Shown: positions 46,136 to 56,329, counted from the first letter of the stretch. The stretch: 64,000 nt of DNA from Vulcanimicrobiota bacterium (GCA_050250895.1 JBFWNU010000001.1:1934884-1998883); one strand, 5' to 3'. The notes: generated by a model not told the origin, from the sequence alone. Numbers and translations are program-made.

Positions 46136-46295
46136 GATCTCAACTCCTTAAAGGCTTTGTCTATATTATATTGAGCGATCGCCAGAAAGATCAAACGCGC
46201 AATGTTAAAAGCCTGCGTTTAACTTACCGATTTCTTAGGGGGCACAGAGGAAAACTTGAAGGATATTCTATTTCTTGGACGAAGCCAAATCTGCT

Positions 46296-47753
46296 ATGTC
46301 GAAAAAGGTCTTGGGCGGACGATTCCAACTAGAAGGTAAGCTCGGCGAAGGGGGCATGGGCTCGGTATACCGCGCCCTCGATCTTGTCTCGCGGAAGTCG
46401 GTGGCTATTAAGATCCTCAGGCGTGACCTCAGCGAGTCGCGCCACGCCAGGCGGCGCTTTGCCCGCGAAGCGCGGGCGGCACGAATGTTGAACCATCCTG
46501 GCATCGTCAAAGTTCTGAAGTTCTGCGACGAAAGTCGCCCTTATATCGTGATGGAACTCGTCGACGGCGTCTCTATGCGTCGCTTTGTGCGGCGCGAGAA
46601 GCCCGACGCGGTTCGCCTGCTCGGGCTGGTCGAAGACCTATGCGACGCGCTGGCCCATGCTCACGACCGCGGGGTCGTACATCGCGACATGAAGCCCGAC
46701 AATATCGTGGTGGCCAAAGACGACAACGTAAAAGTGCTCGATTTTGGTCTGGCCCGGGTTCGCCTGCCCGAGATTTCGCACCTTACGCGTTCTGGTTCGG
46801 CCCTGGGCACCTGTAGTTACATGGCTCCCGAGCAGGCTTCGGGCCGGCCGGCGGATGAACGTAGCGACCTCTACTCGATGGGGGTCATTCTCTATGAGGC
46901 GTTGTGCGGACGCACGCCCTTCACTGCCGACGACCCGGCCTCGATTCTTTACATGCATGTGCACGAAGAACCCAAGCCGCCGCGTATGCACAATCCGGAT
47001 ATTCATCCGGAGGTCGAACGCTTGATCCTCGACCTGATGTCGAAAGATCCTGACAACCGACCGGCCAACGCCCGCGCCCTGAAGCAGCGGGTTGTTTCGT
47101 TACGCAAGACTTTGCGCGGCGAGTCGGACGGGTCCGAGCCGGCGCGGGTGGAAGAGCCGGTGGTTCGGGGTGGAGTTGGTTTGCCGCAGGCTCTACCAGA
47201 CGCAATTCCGTTCGAGCCGTCCGATGGCGATCCGGTGAGCGTGTTGGCTGCCGATGTGCCCGGCTTTGCCATGTTGACTCGAGGGCGCAACCCCCTCGAG
47301 GCTACCGAACTCGAGTCTCAGCTGGTCGAAGAACTGGAGGGATCGATTCGTTCCTTTGACGGGCGCGTGCTCGATCGCTACGGCACGCGGGTGGTGGCGG
47401 CGTTCTGCGGCCAGGGGCACGGCACCCGGGCGGTCAACTCGGTGCAAGCGATGCGGACGCGGATCATGGCGGTGATGAGCCGCTATAGCTTCCAGGCCAC
47501 TCCGGTGGTGTCGGCTGGCGTCTTTGCTGGCGAGATTCCCAACCGGGCTCCCGGCGACTCGTGGGAAGAGGTGGCCAAGCAAGAGTTGATGCACGGAGCC
47601 TCTCGTCTCGAGCGTTTGTCGCGCAAGTTGCCCGACGACACTCTGGTCAGTGAAGATTGCGTGGCCGATGGGGTGCCTGTCGAGCCTTTGCGCTCGCTGT
47701 TCGTGCGCGGGCGACGAGAGCCTATCAAGGTTTTTCGCGTGCTGTCGGCCTAG
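46296..47753 (+). CDS. Ser/Thr kinase with C-terminal degenerate class III cyclase domain
   Basis: LGEGGMG, VAIK, HRDMKPDN, DFG, APE; ADVPGF..ASRLE..VRGRREP. Confidence 0.88.
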   Translation: MSKKVLGGRFQLEGKLGEGGMGSVYRALDLVSRKSVAIKILRRDLSESRHARRRFAREARAARMLNHPGIVKVLKFCDESRPYIVMELVDGVSMRRFVRREKPDAVRLLGLVEDLCDALAHAHDRGVVHRDMKPDNIVVAKDDNVKVLDFGLARVRLPEISHLTRSGSALGTCSYMAPEQASGRPADERSDLYSMGVILYEALCGRTPFTADDPASILYMHVHEEPKPPRMHNPDIHPEVERLILDLMSKDPDNRPANARALKQRVVSLRKTLRGESDGSEPARVEEPVVRGGVGLPQALPDAIPFEPSDGDPVSVLAADVPGFAMLTRGRNPLEATELESQLVEELEGSIRSFDGRVLDRYGTRVVAAFCGQGHGTRAVNSVQAMRTRIMAVMSRYSFQATPVVSAGVFAGEIPNRAPGDSWEEVAKQELMHGASRLERLSRKLPDDTLVSEDCVADGVPVEPLRSLFVRGRREPIKVFRVLSA

Positions 47754-47803
47754 TCGCCATGGGCCGCGTTGACAAGGCTGTTCGAGCCGGGTAACCTGTT
47801 CTT

Positions 47804-48241
47804 GTGGAAGTCTTCTTGTTGCGGATTTTTCCCGTTCTTCTTTTTTTGGGGGGGGTCGTCTTCGTTCCCGTCGAGATCCGCAACTTCGCCCGCGAGAAGG
47901 CTCAAGGCCAAGCCCGCCCGGTCAAACTGATTCGTCGTCTACTGGGGGCCGTGGTGCTGGCCGGTCTGGCAGCCATGGTCTTTTTCGGCGAACTGCCCAA
48001 AGACGCCCACCAGGATGCGGCCGCCACCATGGCCCAGTTTCAGTATTGGTTGAGCGTGTTGGGTCTGGCCATCTTCCTGGGTTGCCTGGCCGTCTGGGAT
48101 GCCCTCGACGGCTTTCGCCACCTGCGCGGCTACCTGGCTCGGGTCGAGTCGGAGGAGATCGAGCAACTACACCGCCAACTCGGAAAGTCAGGAGCCCAGC
48201 TCAAGGCCCAGGCCAACGGCAAGCCCAGTGACTCGGATTAA
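47804..48241 (+). CDS. Hypothetical 3-TM protein
   Basis: Hydrophobic segments; overlaps trpF start. Confidence 0.65.
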   Translation: MEVFLLRIFPVLLFLGGVVFVPVEIRNFAREKAQGQARPVKLIRRLLGAVVLAGLAAMVFFGELPKDAHQDAAATMAQFQYWLSVLGLAIFLGCLAVWDALDGFRHLRGYLARVESEEIEQLHRQLGKSGAQLKAQANGKPSDSD

Positions 48242-48854
48242 GATCTGTGGCTTGACCCGTCCCCAAGATGTGGATCGGGCTGTCGATTTGGGAGCGGATT
48301 GCATCGGGTTTGTGCTGGCCGAGAGTTCGCGCCAGATAGACCTGCCAACCCTGGCCGCTTTGACCCGGCGAATCCCACCGCCGATTGCCCGCATCGCGGT
48401 CATGGTCGACCCCAGCCCGGCAGAGGTGCAAAAGGCTCTGGAGTTGGTCGACTGGGTTCAGCTTCACGGCCGCGAGACTCCTGAATTTTGCGGGCGTTTT
48501 CCTGGTCGGTTGCTCAAGGCGTTTCGGGTGCGTCAGCCCGACGACCTCGAGGTGGGCGAATATGCCGAAGTGGTCTCGGCCTATCTTTTTGACGCCTATC
48601 ACCCGCGCCTGGCCGGAGGAACCGGCGAGCGCTTCAACTGGGAGTGGCTGCAGGGCCGCCAGTTCGCCAGGCGTTTCTTTCTGTCGGGCGGATTGACCCC
48701 GGCCAACGTGGGTCAGGCCATCGAAGAGGTGTGTCCGTGGGGAGTCGACGTCTCGAGCGGAGTGGAGAGCGACCGCGGCATCAAAGACCCGAGCTTTATG
48801 GCCGACTTTATCAACCAGGCCAGGCTGGCCGCGGGTTTCTCGCCCCGTTCCTGA
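48228..48854 (+). CDS. trpF: Phosphoribosylanthranilate isomerase
   Basis: KICGLT, VQLHG, GGTG, SGGL, DVSSGVE. Confidence 0.93.
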   Translation: MTRIKICGLTRPQDVDRAVDLGADCIGFVLAESSRQIDLPTLAALTRRIPPPIARIAVMVDPSPAEVQKALELVDWVQLHGRETPEFCGRFPGRLLKAFRVRQPDDLEVGEYAEVVSAYLFDAYHPRLAGGTGERFNWEWLQGRQFARRFFLSGGLTPANVGQAIEEVCPWGVDVSSGVESDRGIKDPSFMADFINQARLAAGFSPRS

Positions 48855-48928
48855 GTAACTGACCGACTCTCTCAAGTCTCAGCAGGCTGCCGGCCAGGTC
48901 GAGTCGCAGGGTTGCTTCCCTCCGCACC

Positions 48929-48957
48929 TTGACCACACATGCAATATTGGTTATGAT
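48929..48957 (+). promoter_or_regulatory. sigma70-type promoter of leader-peptide/tRNA unit
   Basis: TTGACC-17 bp-TATGAT; CAATATTG palindrome in spacer. Confidence 0.75.
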
Positions 48958-48987
48958 GTTGGCACATTCTTCCCCAGGAGGTCCCCT

Positions 48988-49053
48988 ATGAAGCGCAAGT
49001 TCCGAAAACGTAACTTCTTTCGATTTACGAGGACCTGTAGTGTCAACGGTTAG
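48988..49053 (+). CDS. Putative leader peptide MKRKFRKRNFFRFTRTCSVNG (21 aa)
   Basis: AGGAGG 6 nt upstream of ATG; TAG stop in the D-arm of the following tRNA. Confidence 0.6.
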   Translation: MKRKFRKRNFFRFTRTCSVNG

Positions 49054-49106
49054 CACACGCGCCTTTTAAGCTTGGAGTCGGGGTTCGAATCCCTGCGGGT
49101 CCACCA
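49031..49106 (+). tRNA. Atypical tRNA-Lys (UUU)
   Basis: GGACCTG/CGGGTCC acceptor; GTGT/GCAC D-stem; CGCGC CT TTT AA GCTTG (one mismatch); ACCA. Confidence 0.8.
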
Positions 49107-49110
49107 GTCC

Positions 49111-49187
49111 GGTCTCTTAGTGTAGCCGGTGTCGCACGCGGGATTGAAGATCCCGAAGTCTCGGTTCGAGTCCGAGAGAGACCACCA
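49111..49187 (+). tRNA. Atypical tRNA-Phe (GAA)
   Basis: GGTCTCT/AGAGACC acceptor; GTGT/GCAC D-stem; CGGGA TT GAA GA TCCCG; ACCA. Confidence 0.85.
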
Positions 49188-49188
49188 G

Positions 49189-50463
49189 TCATTCCAATTT
49201 CAGCCAGTTGGCTCTTGCCGTGTGCACCACGTCGTCGGTGCGTTTGCGCAGGTGGCGGTGCGGATTGAGGGACGAGGCGAGAAAGCCCGTGATGCCCAGC
49301 GAGGGCACAACGATACCCATCACGGGGCCAAATCCGATGCCGGCGAGTGGACCCTGGGGTCCCGTGAAAAATTGGACGCCGAAACTTGCCAGGATGCCCG
49401 ACGCCAGCAAGGCATATACTGCCTGTTCCAGGTTGAAGTCTGGGTGAATCAGGCTGGCCATGATTCCCCGCGCTCGCAAAGTCTCGATGCGCGGGGCGAG
49501 GGCCTCGAGTTGCTGCTGCCAGGTCAAGTCGCACGTCTTTCTCAGCTGGGCTACTTCGGGATTGTCCAGCACAGTGCCCTCGTTGAGGTGGTGGGTGAGA
49601 TTCTGGCCGGCCACCAGGGCCCGGGCTCCGACTTGAGGGCCGGGCAGGTCGAGGCTGGCTCGCACGACCCCCCGCACCACCACCTGCATCTGGTTGGGGC
49701 CAGTCAAATCGAGGGGGAGAAGAAAGGCCCTCGAGGCCCCGCAATCGCCCGAACTGCCGGTCGGTCGCACCAGCAGCAGTTCCTGTTCGTTCTCGGGGAC
49801 GCGAATCTTGAAGGGCGGGTTGCTGGCAGCCGTGACCAGGTCCAGGCTCAGCAGCCGGCGGTTGGGGGCCGGCCAGGCCATGGCCTCCTGGCCGTCCCAA
49901 AAGCAGCGCAGGGGTGCAAAGCGACACTTTGCCTCGAAGGTAGCTCTCAGGTCGCGGGCAAAGCCTGCCCAGTCAGACTTCTCGGGGCCGCTTAGAATCA
50001 AACCCTGGGCGTGTGACTCTCCATCCAGGGCCGGGCACTCCCCGGGGCACCAGGCATCGTCTTCGACAAAGAGCGAGTAACCGCCGGTAAAATCCACAAA
50101 GACGGGCCGGATGTCTTCGGCGAACAGGGCTCCGTTGAGGCATAGCGACAGGTCCTGGTAGAGGTCGCTGTCGGTGGCGAAAGGGTTGGCCAGGGCCTGT
50201 TGCAGCCTGGCCAGGTCGAGTTGCCGTCGAGGGGGATCGAGCCAGAATGCCAGCCCCTGGCTCGAGGTTTGCACGCGAACTTCTTCGATCTCGAGGCCGT
50301 AGCAGAATTGGACGAACTTGAGCAGAAAGGCGTGGCGGTCGCCCTCGAGGTGTCGGGCCAGCTTTTCGCGAGCCGATTGGGCCGAGATGGTGAAGCGACC
50401 GGTCGATACAAAGCGCCCGCTTTCCCGCAGCTGGTCTAAGACGTGGTTTAGCCCCCCGCTCAT
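49189..50463 (-). CDS. Hypothetical protein with C-terminal TM pair
   Basis: 424-aa ORF; GRFTIS..AREKL N-terminus. Confidence 0.7.
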   Translation of the reverse strand: MSGGLNHVLDQLRESGRFVSTGRFTISAQSAREKLARHLEGDRHAFLLKFVQFCYGLEIEEVRVQTSSQGLAFWLDPPRRQLDLARLQQALANPFATDSDLYQDLSLCLNGALFAEDIRPVFVDFTGGYSLFVEDDAWCPGECPALDGESHAQGLILSGPEKSDWAGFARDLRATFEAKCRFAPLRCFWDGQEAMAWPAPNRRLLSLDLVTAASNPPFKIRVPENEQELLLVRPTGSSGDCGASRAFLLPLDLTGPNQMQVVVRGVVRASLDLPGPQVGARALVAGQNLTHHLNEGTVLDNPEVAQLRKTCDLTWQQQLEALAPRIETLRARGIMASLIHPDFNLEQAVYALLASGILASFGVQFFTGPQGPLAGIGFGPVMGIVVPSLGITGFLASSLNPHRHLRKRTDDVVHTARANWLKLE

Positions 50464-51400
50464 CGGGATAGGCTTCGCGATGGGTCCTTCGGGCCCCTCG
50501 GCAGACGCACGGTGAAGGTCGTGCCCACCCCAAACTCGCTCTTGACCTCGAGGCTGCCACCCAGAAGTTGGCAGAAGTTGCGGGTCAGGGTCAGGCCGAG
50601 ACCGGTGCCGCCAAAGCGGCGGGCGATGGTGGCATCGGCCTGGGTGAAGGGCTCGAACACTCTGCCCGGCTGCTCGGGAGTCATCCCGATGCCGGTATCC
50701 TCGACCACTCCTCGCGGCAGATCTTGGCCCCTCCGGCTTCCAGCTTGCCAGGCTCGAGGATGCCTTCGATCAATTTGAGCAGGTGCTTGGCGTTGCGATC
50801 GATGGTCTCGAGGCAGTCACGGTCGCGCTCGGGCAGGTCGACCAGCAGCATCTCGGTGAAGCCGAGGGTCGAGCTCATCGGGGTGCGCAGCTCGTGGGTG
50901 ACGTGGGCTAGAAATCCGGTCCGGGCTCGCGTAGTGGCCTCGAGGGCCTTTTTTTCGTGCTCGAGCTGGCTCAGGCGACGCCGTTCGGTCAGGTCGCGCG
51001 AGTTGAGCACCAGTCCCCCCTGGACGTCGGCGCTGACCACAGCCTGCAGAAATCGGTCTCCCAGGCGAAAGTCGAGGCTGAAAGTCTGGTCGGGGTTCTC
51101 GCGGGCTCGGGCCAGACTAAGCCGCAGGCTTTCCGTATCATCGCGGTCGACCTGCTCGGGTAACGGCTGGCCGCGCAACCACTCGGCGGTGAGCCCGAGC
51201 CGGTCGATGGCGGGGCTGACATAGGTCACGCGATCCTTCGGGTCGAGCACCAGGGTGGTGTCCGACGAACACTCTCGGAGGTCAACTCGTAGACGGTGGA
51301 CCGGTTCTCGAGCAGCATGACCAGGGTCAAAAGCAGGGCCACCAGCACTACCGGCGCGGTCATCAGTAGCGGGACCCGGACACGTATGGGAAGTCGGCCT
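50460..51400 (-). pseudogene. Fragmented PAS sensor histidine kinase
   Basis: TM, PAS + HELRTP H-box, and DTGIG/GGTGLGL fragments in different frames; N-box region missing. Confidence 0.75.
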
Positions 51401-51477
51401 AGAATGGGCCCCCATTCTGCGCGGCCGGCCCCGCCAGGCTGGCAGGCGCCCCCCTGGGCAGGAACGAACCGACGGCC

Positions 51478-52677
51478 ATGACCATGTCCGTTCCGGTGGG
51501 GCCCGAAGCCCTGGCCGTGCCCGACGCTCGCGGTCGCTTCGGCGAGTTTGGCGGGCGCTTCGTTCCTGAAACCCTGATGGCGGCCCTGGCCGAGCTCGAG
51601 GCCAACTATGACGAGGCTCGCGACGACGACCTGTTCTGGCTGGAGCTGGCCACGATCAGCGCCAGCTTCTCGGGGCGGCCCACTCCGCTCTATCCCGCTC
51701 CGAGGCTGTCCGAGAGCTGGGGAGTCGAAGTCTTTCTCAAGCGAGAGGACCTCAATCATACCGGTTCCCACAAGCTCAACAACTGTCTTGGCCAGGCACT
51801 TCTCGCCCAACGGCTGGGCAAGAAACGCATCATTGCCGAGACGGGCGCGGGCCAGCACGGGGTGGCCACGGCCACGGTCTGTGCTCGTTTCGGCCTCGAG
51901 TGCGTCATCTACATGGGGGCCGAAGATGTGCGCAGGCAGGCCCTGAATGTCTATCGCATGGAGCTGATGGGAGCGACCGTGGTGCCCGTCGAGTCAGGCT
52001 CGAAGACGCTCAAAGACGCTACCAACGAGGCCTTGCGCGATTGGGTAACCAACGTCGAGACCACTCACTACATCATCGGCTCGGTGGTGGGGCCTCACCC
52101 CTTTCCTCGCATGGTGAGGGACTTCCAGTCGGTCATCGGCCGCGAGATTCGCCAGCAACTCGGCGCCGACCCCGATCTGGTGGTGGCTTGCGTGGGGGGC
52201 GGCTCGAACGCGGCCGGCGCCTTTGCTCCCTTTGTCACCAATCCGGCCGTGCGGCTGGTGGGGGTCGAGGCCGGCGGTCACGGCCAGGCCAGCGGCCAGC
52301 ACTGTCGCTCGCTCACCCTGGGCCAACCAGGCATTCTGCATGGAGCCCGCACCTATCTGTTGCAAGACCAGGGCCAGGTCCAGCTCACCCATTCGGTGTC
52401 GGCGGGCCTGGATTATCCGGGAGTGGGCCCCGAGCACAGCTTCTGGAAGGACACCGGCCGGGTCGAGTATCACTCGAGCACCGACGCCGAGGCGCTCGAG
52501 GCATTCCAATTCCTGTGTCGTCGCGAGGGCATCCTGCCGGCCCTCGAGACCTCGCACGCCCTGGCCTGGTGCGCCCGCAACCTGCCGACGCTGGAGGCCT
52601 CGACCCGCGCCGTGGTCTGCCTGTCGGGACGCGGCGACAAAGACGTGGTGGAAGTCAAGAGGTTGCTCGCACAATGA
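51478..52677 (+). CDS. trpB: Tryptophan synthase beta chain
   Basis: [33 protein letters not shown]. Confidence 0.97.
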   Translation: MTMSVPVGPEALAVPDARGRFGEFGGRFVPETLMAALAELEANYDEARDDDLFWLELATISASFSGRPTPLYPAPRLSESWGVEVFLKREDLNHTGSHKLNNCLGQALLAQRLGKKRIIAETGAGQHGVATATVCARFGLECVIYMGAEDVRRQALNVYRMELMGATVVPVESGSKTLKDATNEALRDWVTNVETTHYIIGSVVGPHPFPRMVRDFQSVIGREIRQQLGADPDLVVACVGGGSNAAGAFAPFVTNPAVRLVGVEAGGHGQASGQHCRSLTLGQPGILHGARTYLLQDQGQVQLTHSVSAGLDYPGVGPEHSFWKDTGRVEYHSSTDAEALEAFQFLCRREGILPALETSHALAWCARNLPTLEASTRAVVCLSGRGDKDVVEVKRLLAQ

Positions 52678-53438
52678 AGTTCCAAGCGCCCACGCTGATT
52701 CCGTATCTGACGGCTGGCTGGCCCGACGAGGAAGGCTTTCTGGCGGCCGTGCGCGGGGTCAAGCAAGCCGGTTGCGAGCTGTTCGAAGTGGGCTTTCCGT
52801 TTTCTGATCCGGTGGCCGACGGGCCCACGGTGCAAAAGACCTCCAGCCAGGCCCTGGCCCGGGGCGTCGGGCTTGAGGAGAGTCTAGCCCTGACCGCCAA
52901 AGCCACTCGCGAGACCGGCCTGCCGGCGGTGGTCATGACCTATGCCAACCTCGTGTTCTTTCTGGGAGCCGAGGTCTTTTGTCGCCGGCTCGCCGAGGCT
53001 GGCGCCCAGGGGCTGATCGTACCCGACCTTCCCCTGGAAGAAGCCGAAGAGCTAGAAGCTTGCTGTGTCAAAGCCCGGATCGATCTGGTGCACCTGTGCG
53101 CCCCCACCACTCCCCCCGAGCGCGTTCGCCAGCTTGGCCAGCGCACGCGAGGTTTTCTTTATCTGGTCCCGGTTCTGGGGGTGACCGGCGCTCGCCACGA
53201 GTTGCCACCCCAACTCGAACAGTTGGTCAAAGGCGTGAAGGCCGAGTGCCCGGCCCCGGTGTGTGTGGGCTTTGGTATCTCTACGCCGGCGCAGGCGGCC
53301 ACCGTGGCCGGATTGGCCGATGGGGTCATTGTGGGCAGCGCCTTACTGCGCCATATCGAAAGCCTGGATCCGAACGGCATCGAGGCCGGAGTAGCCGACT
53401 TTCTGGGCCAGATGCGTCAGGCGATGGTGACCGTATAG
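52674..53438 (+). CDS. trpA: Tryptophan synthase alpha chain
   Basis: [32 protein letters not shown]. Confidence 0.95.
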   Translation: MKFQAPTLIPYLTAGWPDEEGFLAAVRGVKQAGCELFEVGFPFSDPVADGPTVQKTSSQALARGVGLEESLALTAKATRETGLPAVVMTYANLVFFLGAEVFCRRLAEAGAQGLIVPDLPLEEAEELEACCVKARIDLVHLCAPTTPPERVRQLGQRTRGFLYLVPVLGVTGARHELPPQLEQLVKGVKAECPAPVCVGFGISTPAQAATVAGLADGVIVGSALLRHIESLDPNGIEAGVADFLGQMRQAMVTV

Positions 53439-54724
53439 TGGAGGTCGCCCTCGGCTAAGGAACTCACAGCCAGCACCCGATCACCGGCCCCGAAGAGGTC
53501 GGCCCGCCCACCTTCGAGGGCCAGGCGAGTCAGGCGAGGCCCCTCGAACTCGAGCACTTCGGCCTTGAGGCCCGGCCCGTCGGCCTCTACCCGCAGCGAT
53601 ACATCCTTGCCTTCGGGCAGGCGATAGTAGCGAACCCCGGTGGGGACCAGCTTGTTGCTCTCGGAGAAGGGCTCGGGACCGACCACCGTCTCGGCCGGCG
53701 CGGGCACGTCCAGCGTCGAGTAGTGCAGTCCCGGTGTGGCCACCTTGCGCGAGTCGGCATAGTTGGCCACCACCCAGTCTTGGAACAGCCCCTCGAAGCG
53801 TTGGCTCTGACCCAGGCGTTCCAGGCTGTCGTCGATCGAGGCGGTGCCGTGCAACGGATTGCGGGTCAGGTCCTCGATGAAGCCCTGACCGAAGCGCTCG
53901 GTCAGATAGGTGCCAAACAACATGCAGGCGCCGTAGTCGACATAGGTCTGGCTCACTAGCGGGCGGTCCGGGCGGGTCTGGTGCCGGGCCACGTGCCCCA
54001 TATCGGTATGGTAGCCATTGATCTGCATGGCGATCTCGCCCAGGGTCTCGCCCAGCCACGACTCTTCTTCGCCGTCATACTGATGCTGCAATAGGTGCGA
54101 ATACTCGTGGGCCAAGACGGCCTGCATGTAATCCGAATCGATGCGCCGCGACCCGGCGTTGAGATAGACGATCTCTTTTTCGTTGGAGCGCTGGCCGTAT
54201 TGCTGGGCCTCGCCATCGGTGATGGTGTCGAACGGGTTGAAATAGCCGTCGAGGGTGGTGCCTTTGAAACTTGCGATCTCGGTCAGCAGCACATAGGAAC
54301 GGGGGTCGCCGTCCAGGCCCAGGGGAGGGTTGCCGAAATAGGCGTGATCGTTGGCGGCCACACCCTGGCGGGGATCGACCGCGCCGGCCGGAGCCTCGCG
54401 ATGGAAGCGACGGTCGACCTCGAAAACATCGCGCTCCGTGACCAGACGGTTCCAGCACGAGTCGTCGACGAAGATATAGGCGTCGTCGCCCACCGCTCGG
54501 CAGGTGGCCGTGATTTCTTTCTGGCCGGGCGGCATGACCGACATGTCCCAGGTGAAGAAGGTCTTCTTCTCGCCCACCTTGGGCGGGTCGGGAGCCTCGA
54601 CAGGGGCGGCGACCGGGGCCGAGGGCTGGAAGCGGTCAAGCTTCGGTAGCTCGATGGGTCTTGAGTCGGGCGGTTGGTGGGCGGCGGCCCGGGTCATCAG
54701 TGGCGTGGAACTGGCGATTTTCAT
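53417..54724 (-). CDS. Zinc metallopeptidase (M30/immune-inhibitor-like)
   Basis: LAHEYSHL..WLGE..DYG. Confidence 0.75.
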   Translation of the reverse strand: MKIASSTPLMTRAAAHQPPDSRPIELPKLDRFQPSAPVAAPVEAPDPPKVGEKKTFFTWDMSVMPPGQKEITATCRAVGDDAYIFVDDSCWNRLVTERDVFEVDRRFHREAPAGAVDPRQGVAANDHAYFGNPPLGLDGDPRSYVLLTEIASFKGTTLDGYFNPFDTITDGEAQQYGQRSNEKEIVYLNAGSRRIDSDYMQAVLAHEYSHLLQHQYDGEEESWLGETLGEIAMQINGYHTDMGHVARHQTRPDRPLVSQTYVDYGACMLFGTYLTERFGQGFIEDLTRNPLHGTASIDDSLERLGQSQRFEGLFQDWVVANYADSRKVATPGLHYSTLDVPAPAETVVGPEPFSESNKLVPTGVRYYRLPEGKDVSLRVEADGPGLKAEVLEFEGPRLTRLALEGGRADLFGAGDRVLAVSSLAEGDLHYTVTIA

Positions 54725-56250
54725 GTTACTACCTCGAAGATGGCCGCTTGGAGCGGGTCGAGCTCGACGTTCAGGCGGCCCTGACTGACCCGGACCTCGC
54801 GTCCGCTGATCTGGTCGCGCAACAGGGTGCCTTCTTTGAGAGGGCTCTCGGCGCGGAGCGGGATAGAGCGGCTGGTCTGGTGATCCCCGTTATGAAACAC
54901 GGCGATCACTTCTTCTTGTTCGTGAGTGCGCGAGAAGGCATAGACCTTATCGTCGCGCCACATTTCGCGCTGAGCCCCCCGGCGCAGTGCGTCGGAGTGA
55001 TTGCGCAAGTCGGTGAGCTGGCTAAAGTATTGGCGCAGGTCGGGGTCGCGGTCGAAGTCCATCATGCGGCGGTTGTCGGGATCGTGGCCGCCCTCCAGGC
55101 CCACTTCCGTGCCGTAATACACCGAGGGCACTCCGCGCACGGTCATCAGGAAGGCCATGGCCTGCTTGAGGCGATCACGGCCGTGGTCACCGGCGCTGTG
55201 CAAGAAGCGGGGCAGGTCGTGATTGTCGAGCACCGTCACCAGTTTGGAGGCGTCAGGATAAAGGCCGTCCTGGTCCAGGCGCTCGCCCAGGCGGGCCATG
55301 CTCTGGCCCTGGCCGAACACCTCACGAATGGTGTAGTAGAGCGGCAAATCGAAGAGGTAGTCGATGCCCGCCCGCTGATAGTCGGCTACTACGTTAGGGT
55401 CGCCGTGAAAGACCTCGCCCATGACGAACAGGTCGTCGCCAAGCTTGGCTTTGAGGTCGGGCACGAAGCGCTGCCAGACCTCTTTCTGGATGTGCTTGAC
55501 GGCGTCCAGGCGAACGCCGTCGACGCCAAGCTTGCGCACCCAGTCGACCGTGTTGTTGAGCAGGTAGTCATAGGTGGCCGGGTTCTCCTGAGCCAGATCG
55601 GGCAGGCCGCCCAGGTCGCCATAGACGGTCTCGTAAGGGTCTTCCCAATCCTTGATCTCGCCGTGGTGATGGAACCAGTCGTGTTTGCCGGGATCGGCCA
55701 CGAAGGGATGGGTGGGAGCGACCTGGTTGAGGACCACATCGAGGACCACCTTCAGGCCGCGCTTGTGGGCCTCTTCCACCAGGCGCTGGGCCGTGTCGAG
55801 GGTGCCCTGGTGCTCTTCAACCTTTTCGTGGTCAGCGATCCAATAGCCGTGGTGGCCATAGCCGTGATAGTCGCCGATGGTCAACTCGTTGGCGTTGTCG
55901 GCAACCGGCGAAAGCCAGATGGTGGTGGCGCCGAGACTCTTGATGTAGTCGAGCTTCTGGGTCAGGCCGGCCAGATCGCCGCCCCAGAAACCGGTGGGGT
56001 CGTCGCGTCGTACCAGGTAGTTGTTGGTGGGGTCCCCGTCCTGAAAACGATCGGTCATGGGGAAGTAGATGATCTGATCTTTATGCCAGCGGGGCTCGGG
56101 CCTGGTCGTCGGGGTCGGGTCGGCTGGCAAGGCCGCCAGGCTCGAAGCTTCAAAGCGGTCGGCCGAGGGCGAGTCGGCAAAGCGAGGAATTAGGGCGAGA
56201 GCCCGTCGAGGGGGTGCGAAAGCGTGAGTTGAACCGATGGCCGAGATCAT
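54721..56250 (-). CDS. GH13 alpha-amylase family glycosyl hydrolase
   Basis: DRFQDGD, GGDL, HGYW, DGVRLDAVKH, GEV, NHD, YYGTE. Confidence 0.92.
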   Translation of the reverse strand: MISAIGSTHAFAPPRRALALIPRFADSPSADRFEASSLAALPADPTPTTRPEPRWHKDQIIYFPMTDRFQDGDPTNNYLVRRDDPTGFWGGDLAGLTQKLDYIKSLGATTIWLSPVADNANELTIGDYHGYGHHGYWIADHEKVEEHQGTLDTAQRLVEEAHKRGLKVVLDVVLNQVAPTHPFVADPGKHDWFHHHGEIKDWEDPYETVYGDLGGLPDLAQENPATYDYLLNNTVDWVRKLGVDGVRLDAVKHIQKEVWQRFVPDLKAKLGDDLFVMGEVFHGDPNVVADYQRAGIDYLFDLPLYYTIREVFGQGQSMARLGERLDQDGLYPDASKLVTVLDNHDLPRFLHSAGDHGRDRLKQAMAFLMTVRGVPSVYYGTEVGLEGGHDPDNRRMMDFDRDPDLRQYFSQLTDLRNHSDALRRGAQREMWRDDKVYAFSRTHEQEEVIAVFHNGDHQTSRSIPLRAESPLKEGTLLRDQISGREVRVSQGRLNVELDPLQAAIFEVVT

Positions 56251-56329
56251 GGCAAGGCGACTCTAATCCGGGCGGTGGTGGGGGTTGTGAACTCCAGGTA
56301 AACCCTCGGAGAGCGTAGAACTTCGGGGG

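Noticed and set aside
48988-49053. trp attenuator peptide
   Set aside because: No Trp codons, lies downstream of trpF, and is separated from trpB by opposite-strand genes
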